A stretch of DNA of 64,000 bases from a virus: IMG/VR virus record IMGVR_UViG_3300036785_000296, positions 10,005 through 74,004 of that record; one strand, given 5' to 3'. The notes beneath the pieces are model-generated. The model was not told the DNA's origin. It did no database searches and worked only from the letters and a program-made list of their open reading frames with translations. Position 1 is the first letter of the stretch, and the number at the start of each line of letters is the position of its first letter. Made by a program: the position numbers and the translations under genes. Shown piece by piece: positions 48,379-57,346 of this stretch.

Positions 48379-49251
48379 ATGAACATAGGTCCCGTCATCC
48401 GCCCGAAGACCGGGCACAACCGCTACTGCGGGCCGGCGGCGCTCAGCGCCATCTGCCGCATCGACACCGCCAAGGCGGCGGAGGTGCTGCGCGAGGTCAC
48501 CGGCAAGAAGTCGATCAAGGGCGTCTGGGAGGCCCAGATGGTCCGCGCCCTGATGAAGCTCGGATACCGGGCGCTTCAGATGCCGACCCCCAAGGAGCAG
48601 TCCCTGGCGGCGTGGCTGAAGACCAGCAACCTGAAGGTCCGTGGAGCCAAGGTCTACCTCGTCGCCGCCGGCAACCACTTCGTCACCATCCAAGGGCGAC
48701 GCGGCGTCTGCACGCTCTCCGATGGCGAGGTGGTGGCGCTCAGCAAGCTCAAGAGGCGCCGGGCCAACGTTCGGTCGGTCTTCGTGATCAGCAAGAAGAC
48801 AGCGCCGCCGCCCGTGCAGCGGGTGCCCGGCGTCAAGCCGAAGGTCCCCGCCAAGCTCCTGCCGCTGAAGACCGTGGCTGCGGCCGAAGCGTCCCTGGCC
48901 AAGGCCAAGATCGCCGCCGACGCCGCCCTGGCGAAGCTGCGCGCGGAGGAGCTGCGGCTCGCCGCCACCAAGCGGTGGGTCGCCGAGCAGAAGGTCCGCG
49001 ACGAGAAGAACGCGGAGGCGCGAGCCCGGCGGAAGGCCAAGCTGCTGGCCGCCGAGCACGGCATCGAGATCGAGATCGACCAGATCGAGCCGGGCTACCG
49101 CCACTACTGGGTCACCGGGCCGGAGGCGATCTACCCCGGCGACGAGGGCGATCCCTGGAAGGGCGACCATATCGGCCACGGCTGGGAGGAGGTGCTCGAC
49201 CGGGTCGAGGTCTACGTCGAGGACATCAAGAAGCGGAAGGAGGTGGCGTGA
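48379..49251 (+). CDS. Papain-like (C39-type) cysteine peptidase domain + coiled coil
   Basis: RYCGPAALSAI ... GNHFVTI. Confidence 0.6.
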   Translation: MNIGPVIRPKTGHNRYCGPAALSAICRIDTAKAAEVLREVTGKKSIKGVWEAQMVRALMKLGYRALQMPTPKEQSLAAWLKTSNLKVRGAKVYLVAAGNHFVTIQGRRGVCTLSDGEVVALSKLKRRRANVRSVFVISKKTAPPPVQRVPGVKPKVPAKLLPLKTVAAAEASLAKAKIAADAALAKLRAEELRLAATKRWVAEQKVRDEKNAEARARRKAKLLAAEHGIEIEIDQIEPGYRHYWVTGPEAIYPGDEGDPWKGDHIGHGWEEVLDRVEVYVEDIKKRKEVA

Positions 49252-50408
49252 TGTCCGAGACCTACGTCAAGACCTTCAAGCCGAGCCCGCGCGGCCCCAA
49301 GCTCCGCTTCGCCGACGAGACCCTGGCCGAGCGCTTCCGCGACCCGAAGAAGGACGGTGAGGTCTGGCTGGCCCGCGAGCTTGGCCAGCACGCCCCCGAC
49401 AACTCGGTGGTGCGCCGCATCCTGCTCGACGCCAAGCGCTACGTCATGGACGACGACGCGCTGAAGCTGGCAGTCGATCTCTCGGAGAGCTGGCCGCGCC
49501 AAGTCCTGCATCAGCTCGACGCCATCGAGATGCCAGCAAAGGAAGGGGTGTGGATCGAGTTCAGCTCGCAGACCCTGACACGGCAGCGGCTGAAGTATGG
49601 GACCCTGGAAGACGCGCCCGCTGATCGCCCGCCCACGGCGCGCTGCGGGATGCTGATCAAGGACCGGGGCGACGGGCTGATCCAGACGTGGTGCATCGAG
49701 GACGGCGACCCCGACGAGTTCGGCCAGCGCGAGGGCCTGATCGTCGCGTGGCCGATGAGCTACTGCATCAGCCTCAACGGCCCGCGCGAGGCCCATCGCG
49801 GCCAACGCGGGCAACCGGGGTGGACCGCGCTCTGCTGGGGCTACGGCTCACAGGTGGAAGACCTCGCACTGCTCGACGGGCGCGCGTGGCCGACGATGGA
49901 CCCGAGCTTCATGAAGCTCTTCGCGCAGCAGCAGGGCGTGGGCAAGCTCATGCACGAGCTGCGCGGCTGGACCCGGCTCACCGTCGCGATGCTGGCGCTG
50001 CTCTCGACCGTCGCCTCCATCGTGGAGGTGCCGCGCCCTGCCGGCCACGCGCGGATCGGCGGCCTGATGCGGCCCCGGCTGAAGAGCGACCGGCTGGTGA
50101 TCTACGTCCCCCGCACGATCCGCAAGCCGGTCCCGTGGGCGCGGAAGATCATCCACCAGAGCGCCCAGCACCGGCGCCGCCTGCACGAGGTCTCCAAGCA
50201 CTGGCGCCACCTCGACCATCTGCCGAAGGCCCCAGGCTGGGAGCCGGTCCTCATCGGCAACAAGTGGATGTGGCGCAAGGAGATCGCGTTCCACCTCCGG
50301 GGCGACCCGGACCTGGGGGTGGTCGAGCACCGCGAGACGTTCGTCAAACTGAACAAGCGATACCGTCAGATCACGGAGGAGACCCATCATGGCGACAACG
50401 ACACGTAA
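49251..50408 (+). CDS. Conserved phage protein with C-terminal H.V..HWR....W.....H.RGD..LG motif
   Basis: AGGAGG RBS; TGATG coupling. Confidence 0.7.
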   Translation: MSETYVKTFKPSPRGPKLRFADETLAERFRDPKKDGEVWLARELGQHAPDNSVVRRILLDAKRYVMDDDALKLAVDLSESWPRQVLHQLDAIEMPAKEGVWIEFSSQTLTRQRLKYGTLEDAPADRPPTARCGMLIKDRGDGLIQTWCIEDGDPDEFGQREGLIVAWPMSYCISLNGPREAHRGQRGQPGWTALCWGYGSQVEDLALLDGRAWPTMDPSFMKLFAQQQGVGKLMHELRGWTRLTVAMLALLSTVASIVEVPRPAGHARIGGLMRPRLKSDRLVIYVPRTIRKPVPWARKIIHQSAQHRRRLHEVSKHWRHLDHLPKAPGWEPVLIGNKWMWRKEIAFHLRGDPDLGVVEHRETFVKLNKRYRQITEETHHGDNDT

Positions 50409-50803
50409 GCGATACTGGATGAGCGCGGTGGACGAGTTCGACTCGTTCGGGCGGCTGATCGTCGGCGAGTTCATCGACGGGCGGATCGGCCCGCAGTGCG
50501 GGAACACGCTGGCCTGGGCGATCTTCACGCCCGACTCGTGGAAGCACTTCGGCTTTGGCAGGCTGGGCACTGGCTACGGCCAGCGCTACGTGAAGCAGCC
50601 GGACGGCCGGTGGCTGAAAGTCGACGGATAGGATCATGACCGACGCACAGCTCGCAGCAGCGGCGACGATCCAGGCGATTGCCGAGGAGTTCAGCGAGAC
50701 CGAGAAGCGCTGGAGCCCAACCGATCTGCGCCGCCAGGGCAGGCGGCTGCTCGAAGCGCTCGAAGCCATCGTGCCGAAGGAAACGATATCTCCCCTTGAA
50801 TAG
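50389..50803 (+). CDS. Two small hypothetical genes (50389-50631, 50636-50803)
   Basis: RBS GGAG; tight packing. Confidence 0.55.
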
Positions 50804-50875
50804 GAAGGGTAGAATAGATATCTAAGACGTGCGGCCGGAGAGGTCGCGCGAGAGAGGTCTGGAGGACCGAACAGC
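50785..50875 (+). promoter_or_regulatory. Early promoter cassette 2
   Basis: GATATC, CTTGAA, ATAGATATCT, GCGGCC-GGAGA-GGTCGC and GGTC-TGGAG-GACC hairpins. Confidence 0.8.
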
Positions 50876-52560
50876 ATGAAGAACCTGAACGCCTACAAGG
50901 CGATCCTCGCCGAAGCCGAAGCCGCCGCCGTCGAGGCGATCAAGGCCAACGCCGGACGCGAGAACCGCTTCGCCTTCGACTGCGGCTTCGCCTGGGCCGT
51001 GATCGAGGACGGTAGGTCCGATCTCTACAAGGCGGCCAAGCAGGCCAAGTCCGGCGAGCCCGGCTACGGCCACAAGAACTACGGCGCGCCCGGCTGGCAA
51101 GTCTGGATGCCCGGCCGCCACGGCTCCGGCTTCAACGGCCAGAGCGTCGGCATCTTCGAGGCGGGGGCCCGCGCCTTCGCGGAGGTGCTGAAGAAGCACG
51201 GCTTCGCCGCCCACTGGTCGAGCCGTCTGGACTGACCCCGGAGAGAACCATGATCATCGTCCAAGTCCACCACAACCAGACCGGCAGCGCGCTCTACGAG
51301 CACGTCGCCAACGTCAGCTACCAGGGCGAGGATGTCGAGCACGCGCTCGACTACGCCTGGGAGCGCACCCAAAACATCGACGGCTCTTGGTCGCGCGGGA
51401 TCACCTACCCGGACGGTCAGCGCAACGCGGACTACTCCGCGCACATCGAGCGCCTCGCTCCGCTGCCGGTCTACGACGGCAAGACCTTCGGCCTGCGCTC
51501 CTCGATGGTCGGCGACCGCTTCGTGATCGAGGGCGTCGGCGCCTGGAAGGTCGCCGGCTGCGGCTTCGAGAAGGAGGCCGCATGAGCGCGAGCAAGACCG
51601 AGCAGCGCGTGCTGCGGAACGTGATCCGCAAGCTCGGGCCAGACGCCCAGGTCAGCGGCGAGGGGCGCGAGCACCTGAAGGCGCTCCGCATCTACCTCGA
51701 CACCTGGGTGATCGCGCCGCTCGAACTGCTGGCCAAGGAGGATCGGACTTCCTGGGACCTCCGCCACGCCGACGATCTCGCCCGATGAGCCGCGAGATCG
51801 ACCGCCTGAAGTGCAAGGCCAGGAAGCTGTACCGCCGGATGATGCGCGAACTCGACACCGTGGACTGCGGCATCTCGATGCTCAGCTTCATCCGCCCCAG
51901 CTTCGGCCGCCTCGTCGCCGAGTACGACGCCACCATCGCCCGCCTGCGCGAGATCGATCCCAGCTTCCCCAAGGAGAAATCCCGATGATCACCCAAGCCC
52001 AGCGCGACCGGGCCTACCACGTCCTGATGGCAGCTCTCGCCGAGGAGGCCGCAGTCCGCGAGCTGCCCGACGCCGAGCTGACCGAGAAGTCCAACGCCAT
52101 CTGGGACGACTGCTACGGCGACAAGGAGACCCCATGACCGCACCGACCCACGTCCAGGGCCACGCGGTGACCGCCGCCGAGCCCGCCCTGCGCGGCGGCT
52201 ACATCCTGCTGGTTGACCAGGGACCGGGGCGTCAGCTCCGCTGGGTCACCGGCTGGCTGGCCACCGGCGAGACCGTCCCGGCCTACCGCAACTACTTCCA
52301 CGCCGAGGGCGCAGCCCGGCTGGATTTCACGCAGCGCTGCGAGAGAGGATGCTGACCCCATGAACGACACCTTCGACCTTCACTTCTCGACCGAGAACGC
52401 GGCCTTCGAGGACGCGCCGCTGACCGAAGTGGCGCGCATCCTGCGGAACCTCGCCGACCGCGTCGAGCGCATCACCGGCGGCTATCCGGCCGGCACGGTT
52501 GTCGATGTGAACGGCAATACCATCGGCCACTGGTCCCACAACGCCAGCGGCAGGGCCTGA
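50876..52560 (+). CDS. Seven small early genes (50876-51235, 51250-51585, 51582-51788, 51785-51988, 51985-52137, 52134-52355, 52360-52560)
   Basis: ATGA overlaps, GGAG RBSs; phage-type motifs such as CGFAW, RSSMVGD and NAAF..EVARIL. Confidence 0.7.
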
Positions 52561-52650
52561 TATCAAACCCTTGCATTTTGGCCAGGGAATACATATCTAA
52601 GTGATGCGGCCGGAAGCGCCGCGAGAGATGAGCCTGGAGGGCTCAAGACC
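52559..52650 (+). promoter_or_regulatory. Early promoter cassette 3
   Basis: GATATC, CTTGCA, ATACATATCT, GCGGC-CGGAAGC-GCCGC and GAGCC-TGGAG-GGCTC hairpins. Confidence 0.8.
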
Positions 52651-53242
52651 ATGACACTCTCGGAAGCCGTCGAACTGCGGGACTTCATCGCGGCCCTAGG
52701 CGGCTGCGAGCACGCCGCCGTCAAGCGACACCGCGCCGGCTACAAGCTGGTCGTCCGCTTGGTCGGCGAGCCGCCCCGCAGCTACGTCAACCACGACCGC
52801 GCCTTCAACCACTACTGCGCCTCGCTGGACGAGGAAGACGCATGAGCCACCTCCCCTTCCACTACGTGAGCCCGGCGGGCAACGAGGTCTGGAGCCGCGA
52901 GCCGATGAGCCCGGCCGACCTGATCGAGCATGACGCGATGATCGCGGCGATGCCCGACGAGCCCGAGCCCGACTACGACGAAGACCCCGACGCTGACGGC
53001 TACGGCTGGGAGCGCAAAGCCCTGAGAGGGATCGAATGACCGTGTCTTGGAAGCCCGAAGTGATCGCCGATAGCACCGGCAAGTGGGCGGGCAACGCCCT
53101 GCGCTTCGCCACCAAGGAGGAGGCCGAGCAGAACGTCCTCGCCCTCTCCCTGCGCTGGCTCGCCGTCCGCGAGACCCGCGTGGTCGAGTGCGACGATCCC
53201 GTCAACTACGCATGGCGCGATGGCGCGCTCGTGCAGGTCTGA
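52651..53242 (+). CDS. Three small early genes (52651-52845, 52842-53039, 53036-53242)
   Basis: ATGA overlaps; SWKPEV....W..NALRFAT.EEA motif in third. Confidence 0.7.
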
Positions 53243-53259
53243 GAAAGGACCCCCCGATC

Positions 53260-53799
53260 ATGGCCCGTAGAGCAGCAGGCTCCCGCAACCACCCCGTCCA
53301 GGCCGACCTCGCAGGCGCGCTCGGCGACGGCACCTCCGAAGTCGAGGAGCTGAAGAACGAGATGGAGGAGTGGGCCGAGAGCCTGGAGAGCAACAGCATG
53401 GAGCATCTCCCGAAGTACGACGAGGTGACCGAGGCCAAGGACGCGCTCGAAGCCGGGCTCGACACCCTCCAGGGCATCGAGGTCCCCGAGTTCTTGGAGA
53501 GCATCGACGCCAGCTACACCCAGGACACCCGGCGCAAGGCCCAGTCCCGCTCCTACCGCCTGGGCAACGCCACCAACGCCATCGAGGCCGCCAAGGACGC
53601 GGCCAACTCCTGGCTGGAGGAGAACGACGAGCTTGAGCTGATGTCCGACGCCGACGCCATCGAGGATGGGGCCGAAGAGGTGACCCAGGAGATGGTGGAC
53701 GAGCGCCGCTCGCAGCGCGACGACGCCGAGCAGTTCGCCAGCGAGGTCGAGAACGCGCTCGGCGAACTGGAGAACGTCAGCTTCCCGAGCATGTACTGA
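53260..53799 (+). CDS. Highly acidic helical protein
   Basis: About one quarter Asp/Glu; AAAGGA RBS. Confidence 0.7.
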   Translation: MARRAAGSRNHPVQADLAGALGDGTSEVEELKNEMEEWAESLESNSMEHLPKYDEVTEAKDALEAGLDTLQGIEVPEFLESIDASYTQDTRRKAQSRSYRLGNATNAIEAAKDAANSWLEENDELELMSDADAIEDGAEEVTQEMVDERRSQRDDAEQFASEVENALGELENVSFPSMY

Positions 53800-54314
53800 T
53801 GAACGAGCAAGCCATCGCCTCGATCCGCGAGTACCTCGAAGCCCTGGAGTCGCTGGCGGCCAAGTACCTGCGCTCCGGCGCCCAGTCGCCGCACCGCTTC
53901 CTGCTGGATCAGGGGCGCGCCTTCCGGGTTGGGTCTAATACCTACAAGGGTCGGCGCGACGCCCCGAAGGAGTGCTACAGCAACGCTGGCAGGCGCGCCA
54001 TGCAGCCGGACAGCAAGCTCCTGTACGCCGAAGGCTACACCACCAGCGTCGGCTACATCCCGATCCCGCACGCTTGGCTGGTCACGCCGGACGGCGAGGT
54101 GATCGACACCACGCTGAAGGGCGGCGACGAGGAGTATGGCGAGCGCGGCTACTTCGGTCTGGCGTTCACGCCCGAGTACGTCGCCAAGACCACCGCCAGG
54201 ACCGGCTACTGGAGCCTGCTGGACGACATCGCGCCCACCCGCCACGACATCATGCTAGGGAACACCAGCGGCATGCTGGCGGATATCTCGCTCTTGAAAT
54301 CCGGCCCGGAATAG
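53799..54314 (+). CDS. Transglutaminase/papain-like Cys-His-Asp protein
   Basis: ECY.NA, YAEGY, PIPHAW, VID.T, YFG. Confidence 0.6.
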   Translation: MNEQAIASIREYLEALESLAAKYLRSGAQSPHRFLLDQGRAFRVGSNTYKGRRDAPKECYSNAGRRAMQPDSKLLYAEGYTTSVGYIPIPHAWLVTPDGEVIDTTLKGGDEEYGERGYFGLAFTPEYVAKTTARTGYWSLLDDIAPTRHDIMLGNTSGMLADISLLKSGPE

Positions 54315-54369
54315 ATATCTATGAGGTGCGGCCGGATGGTCGCGTGACCCACGGATCGGAAAGACCCAG
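54282..54369 (+). promoter_or_regulatory. Early promoter cassette 4
   Basis: GATATC, CTTGAA, ATAGATATCT, GCGGCC-GGAT-GGTCGC hairpin. Confidence 0.8.
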
Positions 54370-56780
54370 ATGCTGCCAGCCCAACTCCTCGCCAAGCTCC
54401 AGACCGAGATCATGGCCCTGGAGATCGCCAAGGTCGGCGGCTCGAAGCTCGCCGAGCTGAAGGCCCAGGCCGCCCAGGCCAAGGCCGTCGTCAACGCCAA
54501 GTAAGGAACCCCTGATGAGCCTCCACAACGAACTCTACGGCCGAATGGTGATCGGCCAGCCCGAGCCGGAGATCGGCATGGGCGCCTCGATCCTCTCCTA
54601 CTCCGACCGCCACGCCGCCAGCGTGATCGAGATCGCCGAGAAGTACCGGGTCGGCGGCAAGGGGTCCTACGCCTCGCTGGCGGAAGCCAAGCTCGCCGCC
54701 CAGGCGCTGTTCGAGCGCAAGGGCGTCGTCGTCGGCATCGAGCGCGCCGAGATCGTCATCGCGGTCCAGCGCGACCACGCCAAGCGCGTGGACGACAACG
54801 GCATGAGCGAGAGCCAGGAGTACGAGTTCAGCCCCAACCCGAAGGGGATGATCGACCACTTCCGCAAGGCCAAGGACGGGCGCTGGGAACAAGTCTGCCG
54901 GAGCCAGAAGGGGCACTGGAGAAAGAGCGGCGGCTACGGCCTGCGGCTCGGCGAGCGCCTCGCCTACCACGACTTCAGCTTCTGAGGAGGGAGCCCATGA
55001 GCAAGTACCGACAGACCCACCTCGAAGTGAAGCGGCACCTCGGCGAGCCCGCGCGCATGACTGCGATCTGCGGCTTCGACTACACCTGGGAGAAGAACTT
55101 CACCCAGGACGAGGCCAAGGTCACCTGTCCAACGTGCCTGGGCCACATCCACCGGCGGCTCCTCGCCGAGCGCCCGGCCGACGCCCCCAAGCTGGCGCTC
55201 GACATCGACCGCGACCAGTTCAACGGCGCCTACCGCTACGTCTACAGGGCCCTGCTCGGCGGCGAGCACGTCGCCTGGGTCGTCTACGACGGCGCCTACG
55301 GCAAGGCGCGCTGGCGGCTCTGCGTGATCAACCGGCCGAACGACAAGGACAAGCGCACCATCGGCTACCAGCTAGCCCGCGACGAGGACGAGGTCGGCGC
55401 CTACAGCCGCATCTCGCTCGGCTTTCCGACCAAGGAGGCCGCGCTGATGGCGGTCCCCGAGCTGCGCGCCGGTGGCCGCCTGCGGACGCTGCCAGAGCTG
55501 AACGAGCTGCACGCCGACTCCCAGCGCCGCCAAGCGCGCTGGAAGATCGAGCGGGCCGCCGAGGCCAAGCAGGAGGCCGAGGATCGCGAGATCATGCTGG
55601 CGGGCATCGAGAGCCTGCTGGCCAGGGGCGACCTCACCAACATCGAGCGCGCAGCGGTCACCCTGATGCAGCGCCGCATCCCCCAGGCCAAGGAGGCCGC
55701 ATGAGCATCTTCGATGACGTCCTCAAGCCGATCTTCGCGCCGGGCAACCTGCGCGACGTGATGCGGCGCTACGGGGAGGCGGGCCGGGTCGATCTGGTCG
55801 GCACCTTCCCGAAGGCCGACGCCGAACATCTGGTCAGCGTGCTGAAGGCCGTTGGCTACGACGTGTTCATCCGCGAGGAGCAGGCATGATCCAGCGCCTG
55901 AACGTCGAGCCGGACGGCTTCTGCCGCATCTACTACCGCGACGGTCGAGGCCCGCTCTACTGCTGGCAGAACGACCACGACGAGCGCTGGAGCTTCTACC
56001 GTTGCAGCCGCGACGGCGAGCCCAGCCACATGGTCGTGCTGCGCGATCAGCCGCTCTGCCCGCAGGGATCGCCGACCGCCGAATGGCTCGCGCTCCGTGG
56101 CGAGGTCGGCCTATGAGCGGCCCGCTCTGCAAGGTCTGCGGCAAGCCGGTGCCGAAGACGACGAGCTACCACGAGTTCGGCGTCGAGCACATCAGTCGCA
56201 GCCCGTCCTGGGTCTGCCACCCGGAGAAGCCCGCGACGCGCGAGGAGGCGCAGCGCCTCGTCAACGGCCAGATCATCTCGATCAAGATGTCCTGGCGCGG
56301 CGACAGCCCGCGCTACGTCGCCAGAGCCAACGTCTGGGACGGCGAGAGCTACGAGTGGGACGGGAACTTCCACGCCCAGTCGTGCGCCGCCGCCTTCGGC
56401 GCCGCGATGGCTCTCCAACATCCCACCTTCGGCATGCCCGCCTACCACGCGGCGATGAAGGAGCGCGCATGACCATGACCTGGGTGCGCCTGCATCCCGA
56501 AGCCACCTTGGAGCACGTCGGCCTGATCCCGTCGTTCCTCGACGCCGACGATCCGCGCCCGGCGGCCGAGCAGTTCAACGCGCGCTACCAGTTCGGCGGC
56601 TGGAGCCCGCTGCCCCGCTTCACGCTGATCGAGGGCCTGGGACTGAGCTACCCCGGCGACCCCATCCTCGCGCCGCTCTACGCCACGCGGCTGCACGACG
56701 AGATCGTCGTGATCTACAGCGCCGGCTTCGTCGCCATCGTCCAGCCGGGCGGCACGTTCGAGGTGTCGAGGCTGGATTGA
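54370..56780 (+). CDS. Seven early hypothetical genes (54370-54504, 54515-54985, 54997-55704, 55701-55889, 55886-56116, 56113-56472, 56469-56780)
   Basis: RBSs and ATGA overlaps. Confidence 0.7.
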
Positions 56781-56863
56781 TACCCGCGCATTGACTACGT
56801 AAGCTGCCCTGATACCAGCGAGCGCTTGCACTTCAGGGGGAGGACCCGAGCCAAGGAACCCAG

Positions 56864-57097
56864 ATGAGTACGACCGAGACCGATGATCGCCGACAGCTCG
56901 TCCTGCGCCTGCCGCCCGATCTGTTCGCGCGGATCGAGCGCTTCACGTCCGACCGGGGTGGCTCGCGCCACAGCGCAATCCTCTACCTGCTCGACCTGGG
57001 CATCGGGAACGACACCGAGATCGCCCGCCGCGTCGACGTGGTGAAAGCGAGGATCAAGGCGAAGCTGGAGCGCGACCTCGCGGACACGGCGGTCTGA
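56864..57097 (+). CDS. Ribbon-helix-helix (Arc/CopG-like) protein
   Basis: QLVLRLPPDL..RI........SR.SAI..LL. Confidence 0.7.
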   Translation: MSTTETDDRRQLVLRLPPDLFARIERFTSDRGGSRHSAILYLLDLGIGNDTEIARRVDVVKARIKAKLERDLADTAV

Positions 57098-57133
57098 TAT
57101 CAGATTGCAACGTCGCGCCCGCGTCGCCATATC
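57093..57133 (+). promoter_or_regulatory. Promoter for acidic 63-aa gene with TCTGATATCAGA palindrome
   Basis: ATTGCA-N18-CATATC, GAGGAG RBS downstream. Confidence 0.6.
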
Positions 57134-57154
57134 AAGAGTGAGAGGAGTGCTGGC

Positions 57155-57346
57155 ATGGCCAGGAAACCACTGAGCGACGAGGAGAAGTACAAGCGAGCCT
57201 ATGACGGCTTCGACCTCAGTGACGACGACTTGGAGGGGGACGACCCCGACGACGCCGAGATGGATCGGTACATCAAGAGCGTGCAGGACGGCACCTACAA
57301 GCCCGAGGAAGACGCCGACCTGATCGAGCCGAAGAAGCCCGCCTAG
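57155..57346 (+). CDS. Small acidic protein, candidate antitoxin of the zeta-like kinase
   Basis: 21/63 Asp/Glu; convergent with zeta gene, stops share CTAG. Confidence 0.6.
   Translation: MARKPLSDEEKYKRAYDGFDLSDDDLEGDDPDDAEMDRYIKSVQDGTYKPEEDADLIEPKKPA

Noticed and set aside
48327-49250. N-terminal extension making a 693-aa ORF
   Set aside because: Overlaps the C39-like gene in another frame; real start is ATG 49251 after AGGAGG
48282-54369. Repeated cassettes as a CRISPR array or insertion-sequence ends
   Set aside because: Copies are kilobases apart, separated by genes and degenerate; no cas or transposase genes
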